Made by a program: the position numbers and the translations under genes. Below are positions 47,481 through 59,560 of a stretch of 63,708 nt of DNA, piece by piece. Positions within the stretch are counted from its first letter, which is position 1. Every line of letters starts with the position of its first letter. The notes under the pieces are model-generated. The model ran no database searches. It was not told the origin of the DNA and worked only from the letters and a program-made list of their open reading frames with translations. The stretch lies in assembly GCA_013265495.1 (NCBI GenBank), contig MU061168.1, forward strand, positions 62,001-125,708, in the 5' to 3' direction. This DNA is from Vicugna vicugna. Its lineage: Eukaryota.

Positions 47481-48199
47481 GAACCAGATCCTGAGCTCAG
47501 ATCTGGTACCTGGCTCCAAGCCCGTATCTGTCCACCAATATACTAAAGTTGTGTGTAAATCACGAGAAGTTACCAGACACTTACATAGTACCCAAGAAGA
47601 TCCAAAGGTCATCACATGTGTGGTCACAATTGAGCTTCCCAACAGCCCAGAAAGGTAATTACAAGACCCCATATTACATATAAGTGAGGCGTGTTGAATG
47701 TTTTTCTTGACGCTGAATAAAACAAAGTTCTAAAAGGGAGGCTTCGAAAGAGAGAATTGTTATGGGAGTACATGAAGCCATGTGTGAAACTTTTGCAAAT
47801 TGTAAAGCACTATAGAATTTAAAGAATCTTTCATTCAATACAAGAAAGACTTGTGAAAAAATAAAATAAATAAAATAAAACAAAAAGGAGGCACCTCAAA
47901 TAAAGGATATTGATTACTTGATGGATAATGTCTTTAACTTCAGTTTAACAAAAAACACAGCACGTTTTTCCAGATGGATGGTTCTTGTATACAGGAAATA
48001 TCACTAAATTCCAGCTCTGCCATGCATGTCTGTGGGGGGACTAAAACAGCACAGGACAAGCATTTTGGTTTCTGATGACCTTGCTAGATAAGAGTACAGA
48101 GCTTAGGGGATCCAGGAAAATGAGAAACTAGCTTGCTCTTCTCACTTCCCCTTTCAAATTGCCTATGTCTTGAGCTGGCCTTTGGGAAGGGTTGGGTCT

Positions 48200-48770
48200 C
48201 TGTGTGTCTGTGCTGGATTCTCTAGACTGTGACTAGAATGATCTTTCTAAAATGGGAATCTGAGCGTGACATTATCCTGCTTAAAGACCCTTATTAAAGC
48301 TGCATATTGACTTTGGGATAAAGTCCAAGATTCTTAATGTGTTCTTTTATGACTAAGCCCTCACACTCTGGACTCATGTATTACCTCTCTTCTTCCCCAA
48401 ACTCTCTGCTGTAGTCACACCGAGCTACTTTTAGCCCCCAGTGCACCCTCCCCTCACTCACTGGCATTTCTCTATACTGCTTCATCCTTCCAGAATGTCC
48501 TCTCTGATTGCTCCCTCCCTTTGCCCTTTCCCATGCCTTCCTTGCCTGGCTTACATCTACGCACATTTCAGGAGCCAGATCAGGCCTTTCCTTCCCTGAG
48601 AGGCCTTCTCTGACTTCCAGTTCTGGACTGAGTTGACCACAGGACTTGGGCTCATGCCCACCCCGGCACTTCCAACCCAAAGCATCATTCCATTTCTGCA
48701 TTGGATTCACTCATTTCTCCACCAAGTCTCAGGGGAAGCTACTGTGTACCTGGTGCTTGTGGCACAAACC
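48200..48770 (+). mobile_element. L2 fragment
   Basis: agaatgatctttctaaaatgggaatctgagcgtgacattatcctgcttaaagaccc..gggataaagtccaagattctt. Confidence 0.65.
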
Positions 48771-48898
48771 AGCCAATGAAATGAACAAACAAAGACTCTT
48801 GAGTATGAAGTCTCTTCATTGAAAGCAATTTCCAAAAGTTTCAGTTACTGGATGTACAGGTGAAAGAGGTGACAACTTGCTACAGAAGCCTGATTCCT

Positions 48899-49785
48899 TT
48901 CTTCTTTTTTTAATTGAAGTATAGTCATTTTACAGTGTCGTGTCAATTTCTGGTATACAGCATAATGTTTCAGTACATACATATATTTGTTTTCACATTT
49001 TTTTCGTTATGAGTTACTACAAGATACTGAATTTAGTTCCCTGTGTTATACAGAAAAAACTTGTTTATGTTCTTTATATACGGTAGTTGGTATCTACAAA
49101 TCTCGGACTCCCAATTTATCCCTTCCCACCCCCTTTCCCTCTGGCAATCATAGGTGTGATTTCTATGTCTGTGAGTCTGTTATTATTTTGTAAATAAGTT
49201 CACTTGTCTTTTTTTTGGATTCCACATATAAGTAATATCATATGGTACTTTTCCTTCTCTTTGTGGCTTACTTCATTAGAATGACAATCTCTAGTCCCAT
49301 CCATGTTGCTTCAAATGACATTATTTTATTCTTTTTCACTGTTGAGTAGTATTCCATTGTATAAATATGCCACAACTTTTTTATCCAGTCACCTGTCGAT
49401 GGACATATAGGTTGCTTCCATGTCTTGGCTATTGTAAACAGTGCTGCTATGAACATTGGGGTGCATGTATCTTTTTGAATTTAAGTTCCCTCTGGATATA
49501 TGCTAGGAGTGGTATTGCTAGATCATATGGTAAGTCTATTTTAGTTTTTTGAGGAATCTCCATGTTGTTTTCCATAACATTTGCACCAAACTACATTCCC
49601 ACCAGCAGTGTAGGAAGTTACCCTTTTCTCCACATCGTCTCCAGCATTTATCATTTGTGGGCTTTTCAGTGATGGACATTCTGACTGGTGTGAGGTGATA
49701 CTTTATTGCAGTTTTGACTTGCATTTCTCTTGTAATTAGCGATATTGAGCATGTTTTCATGTGCCTATTGGACATTTGTATGTTG
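48899..49785 (-). mobile_element. 5'-truncated lineage-specific L1 (ORF2 C-terminus plus 3' UTR) with TSD
   Basis: ORFs 49536-49775 ([26 protein letters not shown]) and 49268-49456 (MFIAALFTIAKTWKQP..) are the frameshifted L1 ORF2p C-terminal domain. TSD gaagcctgattcct (48885-48898) / gaagcctgattgct (49786-49799). Confidence 0.92.
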
Positions 49786-50374
49786 GAAGCCTGATTGCTG
49801 AGTTACATTCTACCCTTGACATAGGGATGAAGCTATGGATGAAAATTAGAAATATGCTGGAGTGGATTGGAAATGAGCCGAAGATCAGGCACAGAAAGAC
49901 AATGTCACCATAGACTAGTCGGACCAGCAGCTTCTGAGCCAGAGCATCTGACGTCCTTGCTCCCAGGGCCAGGCCTGGGCTGAGCCCAGAGGTGGGGGAA
50001 GAAGTAGCCACAGCTGTGGGGATTTTCAGAGCATGGGAGCTGGGGACAAGCTCTACCAATGTTCAGTTTTATTTCTGACTTGATTTTGCTCCACTGTACC
50101 AGGGGAAGTCTTACTAGTCTACCTCCAGCATAGTGTCCAGAACTATATACAGAAAGCCTTGGGGAGCAAACACATCGCCTGTGCCAGACAGACCCAACGT
50201 CAAATATCTCAGTCACCCCAGGTCTTCAACCCCTGGTCCCCCAAACGCCAACCAGGCCAAGTAGTGCAATTTGGTAGAAAGATCCCTGAGGTAGCTATCA
50301 AAGCTTGACCACCAAAGGCTCGGCACCGCTCCAATTTCTTCTAGTTTGGGGGTGTCGTGTCACCTCGAGACAAA

Positions 50375-50520
50375 TCTCCATCTCCCTAAGCCCTAGATAG
50401 CTCATCTGTAAAATGGGGATGAAGATACCCTCTCTGCCTACCTCAGGGGTTGTCACGGGGATCAAATCAGGGAATGGCTGTGAAAGAGCTTTGAAAACTG
50501 TAAAGTGCCATGGAAATGCC
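50375..50520 (+). mobile_element. MIR
   Basis: ctcatctgtaaaatggggatgaagataccctctctgcctacctcaggggttgtcacgggg..aaactgtaaagtgc. Confidence 0.7.
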
Positions 50521-50759
50521 AGAGTGTGATTAAGAGACAGCGGCTGCCCCCACACTTACTTCAAAGGGGAGAAACAGGGTGGAGAAAGCTGACATGCTCT
50601 GCTTTTGAAGTGCACAGGAGCAGCTCTCAGCAGAGAAAAAACAGCGTTGCTGCTTAAAAGGCAACTTTCAAAACAACCATTTTCTCTCTGAAGGGAGAAT
50701 ATAGTTGGGAGTACTTCAAAGGCTGGGGAAAATTTCCAGAAAAAAAAATGATGTTCTCA

Positions 50760-51300
50760 ATCCAACTTTTAGTCAAGTCAGTTATTAAAAAAAAAAGAAA
50801 AGAAAACCTTAGAACTTGTCACTTATTTAAAAAGAATTTTAATGCATTGATAAATTAAAAACCGTTAAGAGGGGCGGACGAAGGCACTGTTTCTTCCATT
50901 CCTAAGGATCACATTGCAGAAGGTGGATGTAATGAGTCTGCCCATCGGTCACTGCTTCCTCTGATTAAACATTCTCTCCAAGGCTTTCCTCTCTGTCCTG
51001 ATAAATTTCATACCAAGAATAAGTCACCAGGAAGAGGCCCTTATTCCCCTCCATCCATCTCTGACACCTAGCTATCAAGCATAGAGAGATTATTTATTCA
51101 GTTTTTCTTTCTCCTTCTTTTAAATATGGCAGCCTACAAAAGATTAACTTCAGGAAGCCAGAGCAGAATTACAATATCCTATTTACAGGGAAAAAAGATA
51201 TCTCTACTTTCAAGCAAAGGGAGATGTCTTTTTTAAAAAAAAAAAAAAACAATTAAATACAAACATCAGTAAAGCCCCGGTCTTAATTCCAGCGGGCAGT
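50760..51300. promoter_or_regulatory. Candidate enhancer (repeat-free AT-rich block with PBX-HOX/ONECUT/MEIS-type motifs)
   Basis: Two TGATAAAT (50848-50855, 50999-51006), ATTGAT, two TGACA/TGTCA and several TAAT/ATTA cores. No repeat recognised. Confidence 0.3.
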
Positions 51301-53295
51301 GAACAGTGATGCAGCAGGAGCGCCTGGCTGTGATGCCCGAGGGGTCAGTCAGCTGGAACTTGGCCAGACTTATATGGAAATGCCATCATGCCCTCCCCGC
51401 TACCCTTACTTCCTGTTCTCAGGACTGTGCAAAGGAAGCAGCTTGAGACTGGGGCTCCCAAGGTCCTGAAGAAACAAGCTTTCTCGTCAGCTCTGCCCTG
51501 GAGGGGCTCTGCGGGTCACAGTCACAGCCAGAGGGTTACTGGGAGACCTGGCTTATTTTCCCCACAGGTTGTACCCATGTTTACAGAATAGAAGCAAATT
51601 AGGTACCTCTTAGACAAGATGCAAAGCTCAATGGGACAGTCACATTTCCTATTCTTGTTATACACAACCAGACAGGGGTAGGGGGTGAACAGGAGAGGGT
51701 ACAGAAAGAATTCCCTCTTCCCAAAGGGGCAGTCTCCATGGGGGAAGCTCTTTCTGCCCCCACTCCCCACCAGATTTAGCCTCACAGTTTATTTTTGGAA
51801 AGGGCTTTGAGAGCAGAAGTGAAAGCCATCCCAGGGGTCTGAAGTCGGAGAACGGCAGCTGCCACGAGACAATCAGTCCAGAGGAGAAGTGGAGGGAGGC
51901 TTGCGAGCAGGGTGATGTCATATAGGAGAGAAGAGGCTGTCTGAGCCCCAGCTCTTCTGCCACAGTTTTGAGCAACTCCATTTAATTAAAGTGGTGCCTC
52001 TCACTGGCATGAGAGCAATGGAAGTGTCAGTTTGCTTGACGAGGAGCTCCTTTGCCTGGAGCACAGACCGGAGCACCGGTGGCTGAGTGCCAGACTTTAT
52101 CTCCAGCACAGATGGGAAGGCCAGGGGTAATTACCCTGCCCCGGCCAGTTGCTTTCCTGGGTGAAATTAACGAAAAGTAGGAGACAGTGACTCCATCGGA
52201 TTCTTCCTCAACATCATTTCCAGGGAAGGAGTGAAGACAATCAAGCATGACATTCTGATATGGGCAGGAAGGCAGCCCTGAAACTCTCCACTCTATGGAC
52301 TGTTTTGTGAGATAGTAACTCGGAGAAGCGGGCAGGCTGTGAGCTGGCCACACTGTGGTCCACTCCGGTACCTGGCTCCCCAAACATAACCGTCTGATTG
52401 AACTGTCTGGACTCTGCAGGGCACATACATGAAGCGGTGTTCTGCCAGTCTCTGTCCCCAGTGGTGCTTTGCCAAATCTCCCCTTCCCCTCTTCCAAGGA
52501 TATCTTGGACAATTCTGGGCTTTCTGGTTATTTACAGCCTAGATTGCCACTTTAGATTCCCCTCCCTCACTGTAGGCCAAGCTGTGGCCCAGGGGGACTT
52601 GAAGTAGGGAGGAGAGCACACAGTCCATCCCCCATATGTCTTACCTGCCTTGAGAAGGGAGTGACCTGCCCCGGGTCCATCAGCCAGGGCTCAGCACCTT
52701 ACATCAGTCCTGAGAGTATTATCCAGGCAGTGTTCCCTTGCTGTCCACCTAGGCAGCTTGGGAGCTGATGCCTCTTACTCATTCCCTCATGTTCCAAAAG
52801 AAATTACTGAGGACCGCTTACGTGTCCTCCCGAGACATGGAAAATGAGGACCACTGTCGTATCGTCTTCTGGGGCCAATCATTCCATCATTCCTCCTTGC
52901 AGGTGCCTCTGAAAAGCCCTTTCCTCCAACCTGGATGAAAGCTCCTCGCACTCCCAACCGCCCGTTTTGTAGATTAGGAAATTTGGGTTTAAGAAGCACA
53001 GGATACCTTGGAGTCATGAAGAAAGTCTACAAGAGAGGGAGTGAGAATGCTTTGCTGAGTGTGCAATTTGTATGAAGCTGGTGCCGATAGGCAGCAGAGG
53101 TCACTACGTGCAGCTCTGAGGTTATTGGGGAAACCTGGGTCTGTTCCAACCCGATGACCAGGACCAGCACGTGGCTGACACAGAGAGAGTGTGACTTTGG
53201 GCTTGCATGAAGTTTGATGCGGATAAGAAGAGGAAAAGTAAGAAAGATTTATTGAACACCATGTATTTGACACTTACAACCACCTCTATGTAAGT

Positions 53296-53733
53296 GTAAC
53301 CTGATAGCATCTTGCTTCTGCTGCACCTTGTCTCATTGTTTTTGAGGGATTTTCGAATTTCTCAGTGTGGGACATTTTGAGGACCTGCTGGCACTGCCAC
53401 ACGCAGTCAGAAGTGTAAGGAGGTCAACATACAAGAAGGCCACCTTTGGCCAATGGGCAGCAATAAATGCTCTCTCTTCCACCCCTCAGGGGGACAATTC
53501 CAAGATACACTGCTTTGCAGGGGGTTCCAGCAGGATTGAGCCCCAGTTGGCAACACTGGTGACCAACTTAGGGACACACCCATGTACTAGCCTTCCCTCC
53601 CTTGTATTTCACTCTTCCTAGGACCTGTACACGGACTTCCCAGTCCCCCACTACTATTGCCTGCCATTTCTCCCAAAATAAATTCCTTGCCTGCAAAGCT
53701 TTGTCTCAGGCTCCAGGGGAGACCCAGGCTAAG
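53296..53733 (+). mobile_element. LTR16-family solo LTR (ERVL)
   Basis: gggacaattccaagatac..ccagcaggattgagccccagttggcaac..cccaaaataaattccttgcctgcaaagctttgtctcaggctc..cccaggctaag. Confidence 0.75.
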
Positions 53734-53744
53734 TTAATGAATCA

Positions 53745-53930
53745 TGTTTAGTGAGCGTGTTTAGTGCTTGACAGGGATTGTTTGCTTTAACACTCAAGTA
53801 ATGCTATGAAGTTAGTATCATTTTTTATCCGTCTTGGATGGATCAGGAAAGTAGGATAGCGAGAGGGGAAGTAACAGAAGCAGAGTGTCTTCCCTGGGTG
53901 GTAGGGTAGGGGGATGATGACCTCAGTGAA
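53745..53930 (-). mobile_element. MIR fragment
   Basis: cactcaagtaatgctatgaagttagtatcattttttatccgtcttggatggatcaggaaagtagg. Confidence 0.5.
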
Positions 53931-54499
53931 CTCAGGTGAGAATTTTCCCCAGTCTGGAGTCCTGGGTTTGGTTCTGGGCTCTGAGCCCATCACAGGGAGT
54001 AGTTCCATTGAAGCCCTGGGATGATGAGGGAAGCAAAGCCAAGACTTAGAAGGGAGAATTGGAAGAAATGAGTGGCTGAGCCCAGAAAACATTCAGAAGG
54101 CACCTGAGAGCAGCCTTTTCTTTAGGACAAAATGCACTGAGTCAGCTGAGAAGATAGAACTATCACAGTACAAGGTGACAAGTTTATGTTCAGCATAAGA
54201 AAGGACTTTTTGCCAGACTTTCCCCAGCACAAAATGAGAAATCCTGGCAGACAGCAAATCTGGTATTGTAGATGGGAGAGCTGAGAGTGCATGGCCATCC
54301 ATTTCTCCAGAATATCATAAAGAGAATCCTGTGGGGGAATTCTTTCAGATTAGGGTAGGATCCTAATTTAGGGCTGACAAAGATTTGCCTCTTCACTCAC
54401 CAATCCAAGACAGCCTTAACCTTGACAGTCCCCTGGGGTTCCTCTGAATCCTTACTTCTGGTAGAGCCACCAAGAGGTAAGATTTAATTTGTCATGTGT

Positions 54500-54654
54500 T
54501 TAATTTGTTTTCCTGCCTTATTGCATTGTCTGGAACTTCTAGAAAAAAATTCAATAGTAACATTGGCAGCTGTATTTATGTTTTTTTCTTATTTAATAGA
54601 AATGCCTTTACTATTTCACAACAAAGTATGATATTGGTTCCTGCTATCATATAG
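54500..54654 (-). mobile_element. Isolated old L1 ORF2 fragment, near-copy of 13182-13334
   Basis: First 36 nt are identical to 13182-13217; about 86% identity overall by hand alignment. Confidence 0.8.
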
Positions 54655-55585
54655 GTAGGCAGGATGCCTTTCTAGGCAGGAAAGACCTTGCTGTTTGCTG
54701 AGTCGATAAAGGGCTTATTCTCTCAGGTAAAGTGTAAAGATGAGGACCTATTATGAGATCAATCTCTATTCTCTATAGTACTTGGAACAGGGGTGGGTAT
54801 AAAGAAGATGCCCAGTAAATGCCTGGTATGAAAACAGGGTATACAAATGAGTTGAAAAATTTCTTGGCTTCCAACTGGCCTGATTCCTCAGCTGTAGTAG
54901 CCCAGCTCCATTCCAAGTCCTCTGTGATGAGCTTGGAACACCCTCCTGATGTTGGGAGTGACTTCTCTTAAAACCCAGTGAGTGTTCTTCTCAAAGAAGA
55001 AGCCTGGAGCTGCAAAGAGCAGATGTAGGACTGGGCTCAATAAATGGGTCAGTGGGCCTGGTGAGCAGATTGTTCCTGGCCTTTTGGGGGCTGTGAGTGG
55101 ATGCAAAACTTCCTGCTCAGAGCTGGTGGTCAAGACTGTGCTCCACCCATAGACACACAGACACAAAGGCTGTCGTCACTGAGTTTGCCCTTGGTGTGTG
55201 AGTTATGCACACACAGAAGGGGACTGCAAGGGGCCATTACCTCCACTAGTTCCTCAGAGAAAATGAGTGAATCAAGGCCCAGGCTTCCAATTGCCTCAAA
55301 AGCCATCCAAATTCCTGGAGACCAAGCCCTCGTCAGGCTCTGTTTCCCTCCCCTAAGTCCACTGGTTTCGTGCACAATCAGTGTGAGTGGCCTATGGCCC
55401 TGGTTGAATTTTGTCCCAGTTTCTGGAAGAAGAGGCCCAGATAGTCAGGAGGCTCCAAGGAAGAAGGAATGGATCATAAGGGTATTAGGGCCATGAGCTT
55501 CCCCAGGTCAGGCCTGGCAGCTCTCGGAATGAGGAGGAAAGAGGCTCAGCCATCACAGAACACAGCCTGGAGAGAATTTGTCTTT

Positions 55586-55751
55586 TTAAAATTTATTTAC
55601 TTATTTATTTATTATTTTGTATGGAAGTGTAGTTGACTTACAATTTAGTTTCAGGTGTACAGCAAAGTGATTCAGTTATACGTATACATACACATATATA
55701 GTTTCTTTTCAGATTCTTTTCCATTATATGTTATTACAGGAAACCGAATTT
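55586..55751 (-). mobile_element. Short L1 3' end with TSD
   Basis: ggaagtgtagttgacttacaat..tcaggtgtacagcaaagtgattcagttata. TSD agagaatttgtcttt (55571-55585) / agagaagttgtcttt (55752-55766). Confidence 0.85.
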
Positions 55752-55849
55752 AGAGAAGTTGTCTTTAGACTAAGAGGATGCCAGGGAAGTCGGCCCTTCC
55801 TGTCCTCACTAGGACAAGGGGGAAGGAAAGGTACCTGGACTCCATTCAG

Positions 55850-56345
55850 TTCCCTTCACCTCTAATGCCTCCTTCGAGCATGGATGTGACAGCCTCCCCT
55901 GGGTCTCCCTGCCTCCTCACATCACCCGAGCCAATTCCTCTGCACACAGCAGCCAGAAAGAATCTTTCTTCTGCCCTGATGAGTGTTCAGACTAAGCCAC
56001 CAAAAATCGAGTGTGGACACTACACCACGGTCTGTGGGATCCGGCATCATGGGCCCCACACCCGTCTCTCTGCCTCATTTGAGTCTTTCTGCCCTTCATT
56101 CACCACATCCCACACACGTTGCCTTTCTTTCAGTGTTTCAGGCACAACACAGTTCCTCTTTTCTGCCTCAGTATTTTCCCAGGCTGTTCTCTCTGCCCTA
56201 GCCTGTGCTCCCCCATCCTTCACATAGTTGCTCTTTCTTATCCTTCAGGGCTCAGTTTGAAATCACCTTCTGAGAGGACTCCCCTGACCTCTCTAGCTAA
56301 AGTCCATCCTGGCCCCTGTATCTTCAGATCCGTTCTTATCTTTCC
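55850..56345 (+). mobile_element. L2 fragment
   Basis: cacagcagccagaaagaatcttt..tcttatccttcagggctcagtttgaaatcaccttctgagaggactcccctgacc. Confidence 0.65.
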
Positions 56346-56449
56346 CCTGATGCTTGTCGTCTTGGAAGTGGGGGCAGGGGGAGGCTGACCCTGGCAGGCA
56401 GTGTTAGGCTGACCCCGGCAGGCAGTGTTTTCCATCCTCAATTGGCTTC

Positions 56450-57060
56450 TGGCAAAGCTCAGTCAACGGGAGGCACTGACCTGATTTGGAAGGGAGGAGG
56501 ATGCCTTTCTCTCAGGCAGTATCTAGAGCAGTTTGGATGACTTTGGAGGCAATTGAACGTCTTTGACGGGTGTTAAGCAGAGGGGGACATCATCAGTTTA
56601 CTTTTTAGAAAGATCACTGTAGGGGTAGAGGTATAGCTCAGTGGTAGAGCGCATGCTTAGCATACACAAGGTCTTGGGTTCAATCCCCTGTACCTCCAGT
56701 AAAAAAATAAAAATAAATATAAAAAGATCACTATGATGGCCCTATGGAAGATGTGTTGGATTTGGAGAAGCAATTTAGGGGCAGTCCCAATGAGAAACGA
56801 TAATGGCCTGGACTGAGGTGGTTGCAACTCTGATGGAGAGAAGTGGACAGATTAAAGCTGTCTTTCAAGGAAGAATTACCAGAGCTTGGTGATTACTTGG
56901 ATGTGGTCTTTGTGAGAGAGGTGTGATCAGGAATCACTTCAAGGTATCTGACTGAAGCAACTGGGAAGATATAGATGCCATTTATTACGATGACAAAAGC
57001 TAGGGTGGAACAGATGCTGTTCTGCTCACAGGGGAAACATTCATATACATTCCTGTGATC
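56450..57060 (-). mobile_element. L2 fragment (host of the SINE at 56622)
   Basis: tttagaaagatcact.., gatggagagaagtggacagattaaag, gtatctgactgaagcaactgggaagatatagatgccattt. Confidence 0.7.
56622..56722 (+). mobile_element. tRNA-Ala(AGC)-derived SINE / tRNA retrocopy with TSD
   Basis: ggggtagaggtatagctcagtggtagagcgcatgcttagcatacacaaggtcttgggttcaatcccctgtacctcca plus an A tail. TSD aaagatcactgt (56609-56620) / aaagatcactat (56723-56734). Confidence 0.92.
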
Positions 57061-57089
57061 CATTTTCCCCTGTCCTGTAATATCTTTCA

Positions 57090-58250
57090 TCTATGTAAGT
57101 AACCTATTACCTATCACCCATGTATCTATTTATTATTTATCTGTCATCTGTCAGCCATGTCTTGAAGTTTGGATTATAGTATATGTACTATGCTGTGATT
57201 TCACTGTTTGATTGTTCGCCACTACTATATACCTATTCATTTACATTCTGTATTAACTTTATATTTTGTACTTTGCCAGTTTCATAAATTAGATTCTGTA
57301 GGTTTCCTTGGTGTGTGGATTTCTTAAAGTTTTCCACGTGAACAACAATGTTTGTGAATAGAGATAGTTTTAGTTCTTTATTCACATCTTTGTAACTTTA
57401 TTTCTATATCTTGCCTTATTACAATGGCTACAACCTCCAATAAAATGTTGAATAGAAGTGTGAGAGACTATCCTTCCCTTGAAACCGATCTTAGCTGGAA
57501 AGTGTTGAGTAATTCATTATCAAGTACTTTGTTTAGCTGTAGGATATTCTTTTGTAGATTTTTTTTTAAAATCAGATTAGGACAATTTTCTTCTAGTCCC
57601 AGTTTTCTGAGGATTTTTATCATGAATAATTGTTGAATTTTGTCAAATATTTTCTACCTATTGAAATAATCACATTTCCCCTTTATTTTGTAAATGTGGT
57701 AAATTACACTATTTTTGAAATGTTAAGCCAACTTGCATTCCTGGGATAAATCTCACTTGGCTAAAGTGTATTACTGAGTTTATACAGTGTTGGATTCAAT
57801 TTGTTAATATTTTGCTAAGAATTTTTGTGTTTTTGTTAATGTCTACTTTTGTTTCTTTCTTACAGTTTGTTTTTCTTTCTGTGATCTTTATGGCTAAGAT
57901 ATGGCCCTTTGGGGGTTTCTGGAATACTCCAGAGGTATAATAAGGACTCTTCACCCTGACTCCATTGAAATTTGAATGTCTCCCAGCACTGTGGGACCTC
58001 AGGTACCTCTGCTGCGCTTTTGTCCTGCAGTATCTGCTCCCTGCTAGGTAATTCAGGTCCTTGCTCTTTGTGTTCATAGTCATCCCTCCAAGCCATGTCA
58101 GCAGCCCAGTCTCCATATCTGCCTCCTCAGTTCAGTGAGACATTACTCTCTCCACCTACACTATGGTAGGAATAGAGTCCCCAGACAGAAGGCCAGGGAA
58201 CTTGGGGCCAGCTCTGGCTGAGTTTCCCTTCTCTCGGGGATTAGAGCTCT
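57090..58250 (-). mobile_element. Old L1 ORF2 and 5'-region fragments
   Basis: ggctacaacctccaataaaatgttgaatagaagtg, gccaacttgcattcctgggataaatctcacttgg. ORF 57796-58116 ends in KILSKILTN (vs KILNKILAN). Confidence 0.7.
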
Positions 58251-58399
58251 GCTCTGCTTACTGCCCAGTGCCATCAATAATCACATTTATGTGTCCACTT
58301 TTACAGATGCCGATGGTGATGTTGATGATGGTGGTGATGATGTGGCTCTGCTTTTTGCTGGGCACTCAGTTGGTCTTTTTAGTCTGGAAACACATGCCC

Positions 58400-59560
58400 T
58401 TCCCTTCAAGGAAGTTGCCTTACTTTCTTTGATGAATGCCTCCCTTCCATTTTTTCTGTTCTCTCTTTCAGGTGTCCCTGTTATTTAGATTTTAGATCTC
58501 CAAGACATTCCTAAAACGTTCCACTATTTCTTCTCAATTATATCTCTTTTCTTGTTCTTTTTGTTGCTACTTTCTGGGAGATATCTTTAACTTTATCTTT
58601 CCTATTGGGTTTTTCACATTTTGGCATCATATTTTAAATTTTCAGGATTACATTTGTGGTCCCTGAATGTTAATGTTTATGGCCTCCTCTTCTTTTGTTT
58701 CATGGAGATAATATCTCTATTAACCATCAAATGATATTAATGATAGATTTTAAAAACTTTTCTAATTCCTGCATCTCGTCCAAGTTGCTTTTTCTCCTGC
58801 TTGTTTTGATCTCTATGCTTTAAATTAAATGACTTCTTCAGTTTCTGGTGACACTTAATTGTCCGCTATGTTTAAGATTAGGAAACTGAAAGTCTACCTG
58901 GGAGCTCTGTGTAAGTGGCCAGGTCTTCACTGTTGTGGATGGGAAGTTTCAATTCCATTATCTTTTGGTCTGTCCACCTAAGCTGGTCATGTTCCTCAGA
59001 GAAAATTCTTCTGACTTTCTTCTTGGAAGGTCAAGTCTGGCTGCCAGGGTCCTGGGGCCTGAATGTGAAGGAGGGCTGGCAGCCTCATCGTTCAGTGTAT
59101 AAGCTTGCATGTAATCCCTTCTTCCCCTATGGTGACCTTGCCCTCACAGAGGTCTGATGCCCTCAAGGCAGAGAACTTCTCTTCTCTTTTCTCCAGAAAA
59201 TAAGCTCCCAATATTCTGGAAGGGTGGAGAAGGGTCAGGACTCGACCTTCCTGGAGTTGGAGGAATCTAGAACCTCACTCATTCTGACTTTAGGATTATT
59301 TTCATCCCCACTCCCAGGGGTACCAGGATCAGTGAGTCCTGAGCCTTTTGAGAGTGTGGGGGTAGAAACTGGTTTGCTTTGCGGCTCTCCCCACTATGAC
59401 CTTTAGATCCAGCTTTCTTTATGCTAAGTCGAATGTGACCTGTACACCTGCAATCCAGCTTCCAAAAATATTGTTGGTGCTGCTTCTTTTATAATCTCTT
59501 TGTCCTTGAAGGTGTATGTCCTTAATTTTTTTAAATATCATTTCAGTAGGTTTTTGGAGA
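58400..59560 (-). mobile_element. HAL1-like 5' region and ORF1 remnant
   Basis: Antisense ORF1-like pyrimidine tract (ttttaaattttcaggattac) plus a HAL1-type leader (ccagcttccaaaaatattgttggtgctgcttc). Confidence 0.55.

Noticed and set aside
49268-49775. L1 ORF2 as a coding gene
   Set aside because: 5'-truncated and split across frames; a non-functional retrotransposon remnant.
52027-52512. 161-aa ORF and a protein-looking plus-strand frame (52174-52281, KVGDSDSIGFFLNIISREGVKTIKHDILIWAGRQP*)
   Set aside because: No family recognised and no polypyrimidine tract before the candidate AG; a TBLASTN search would be needed to revive it.
56622-56700. Functional tRNA-Ala(AGC) gene (also 17140-17210)
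   Set aside because: Broken anticodon-stem pairing, A-rich tail, TSD and insertion inside older repeats show these are retroposed copies.
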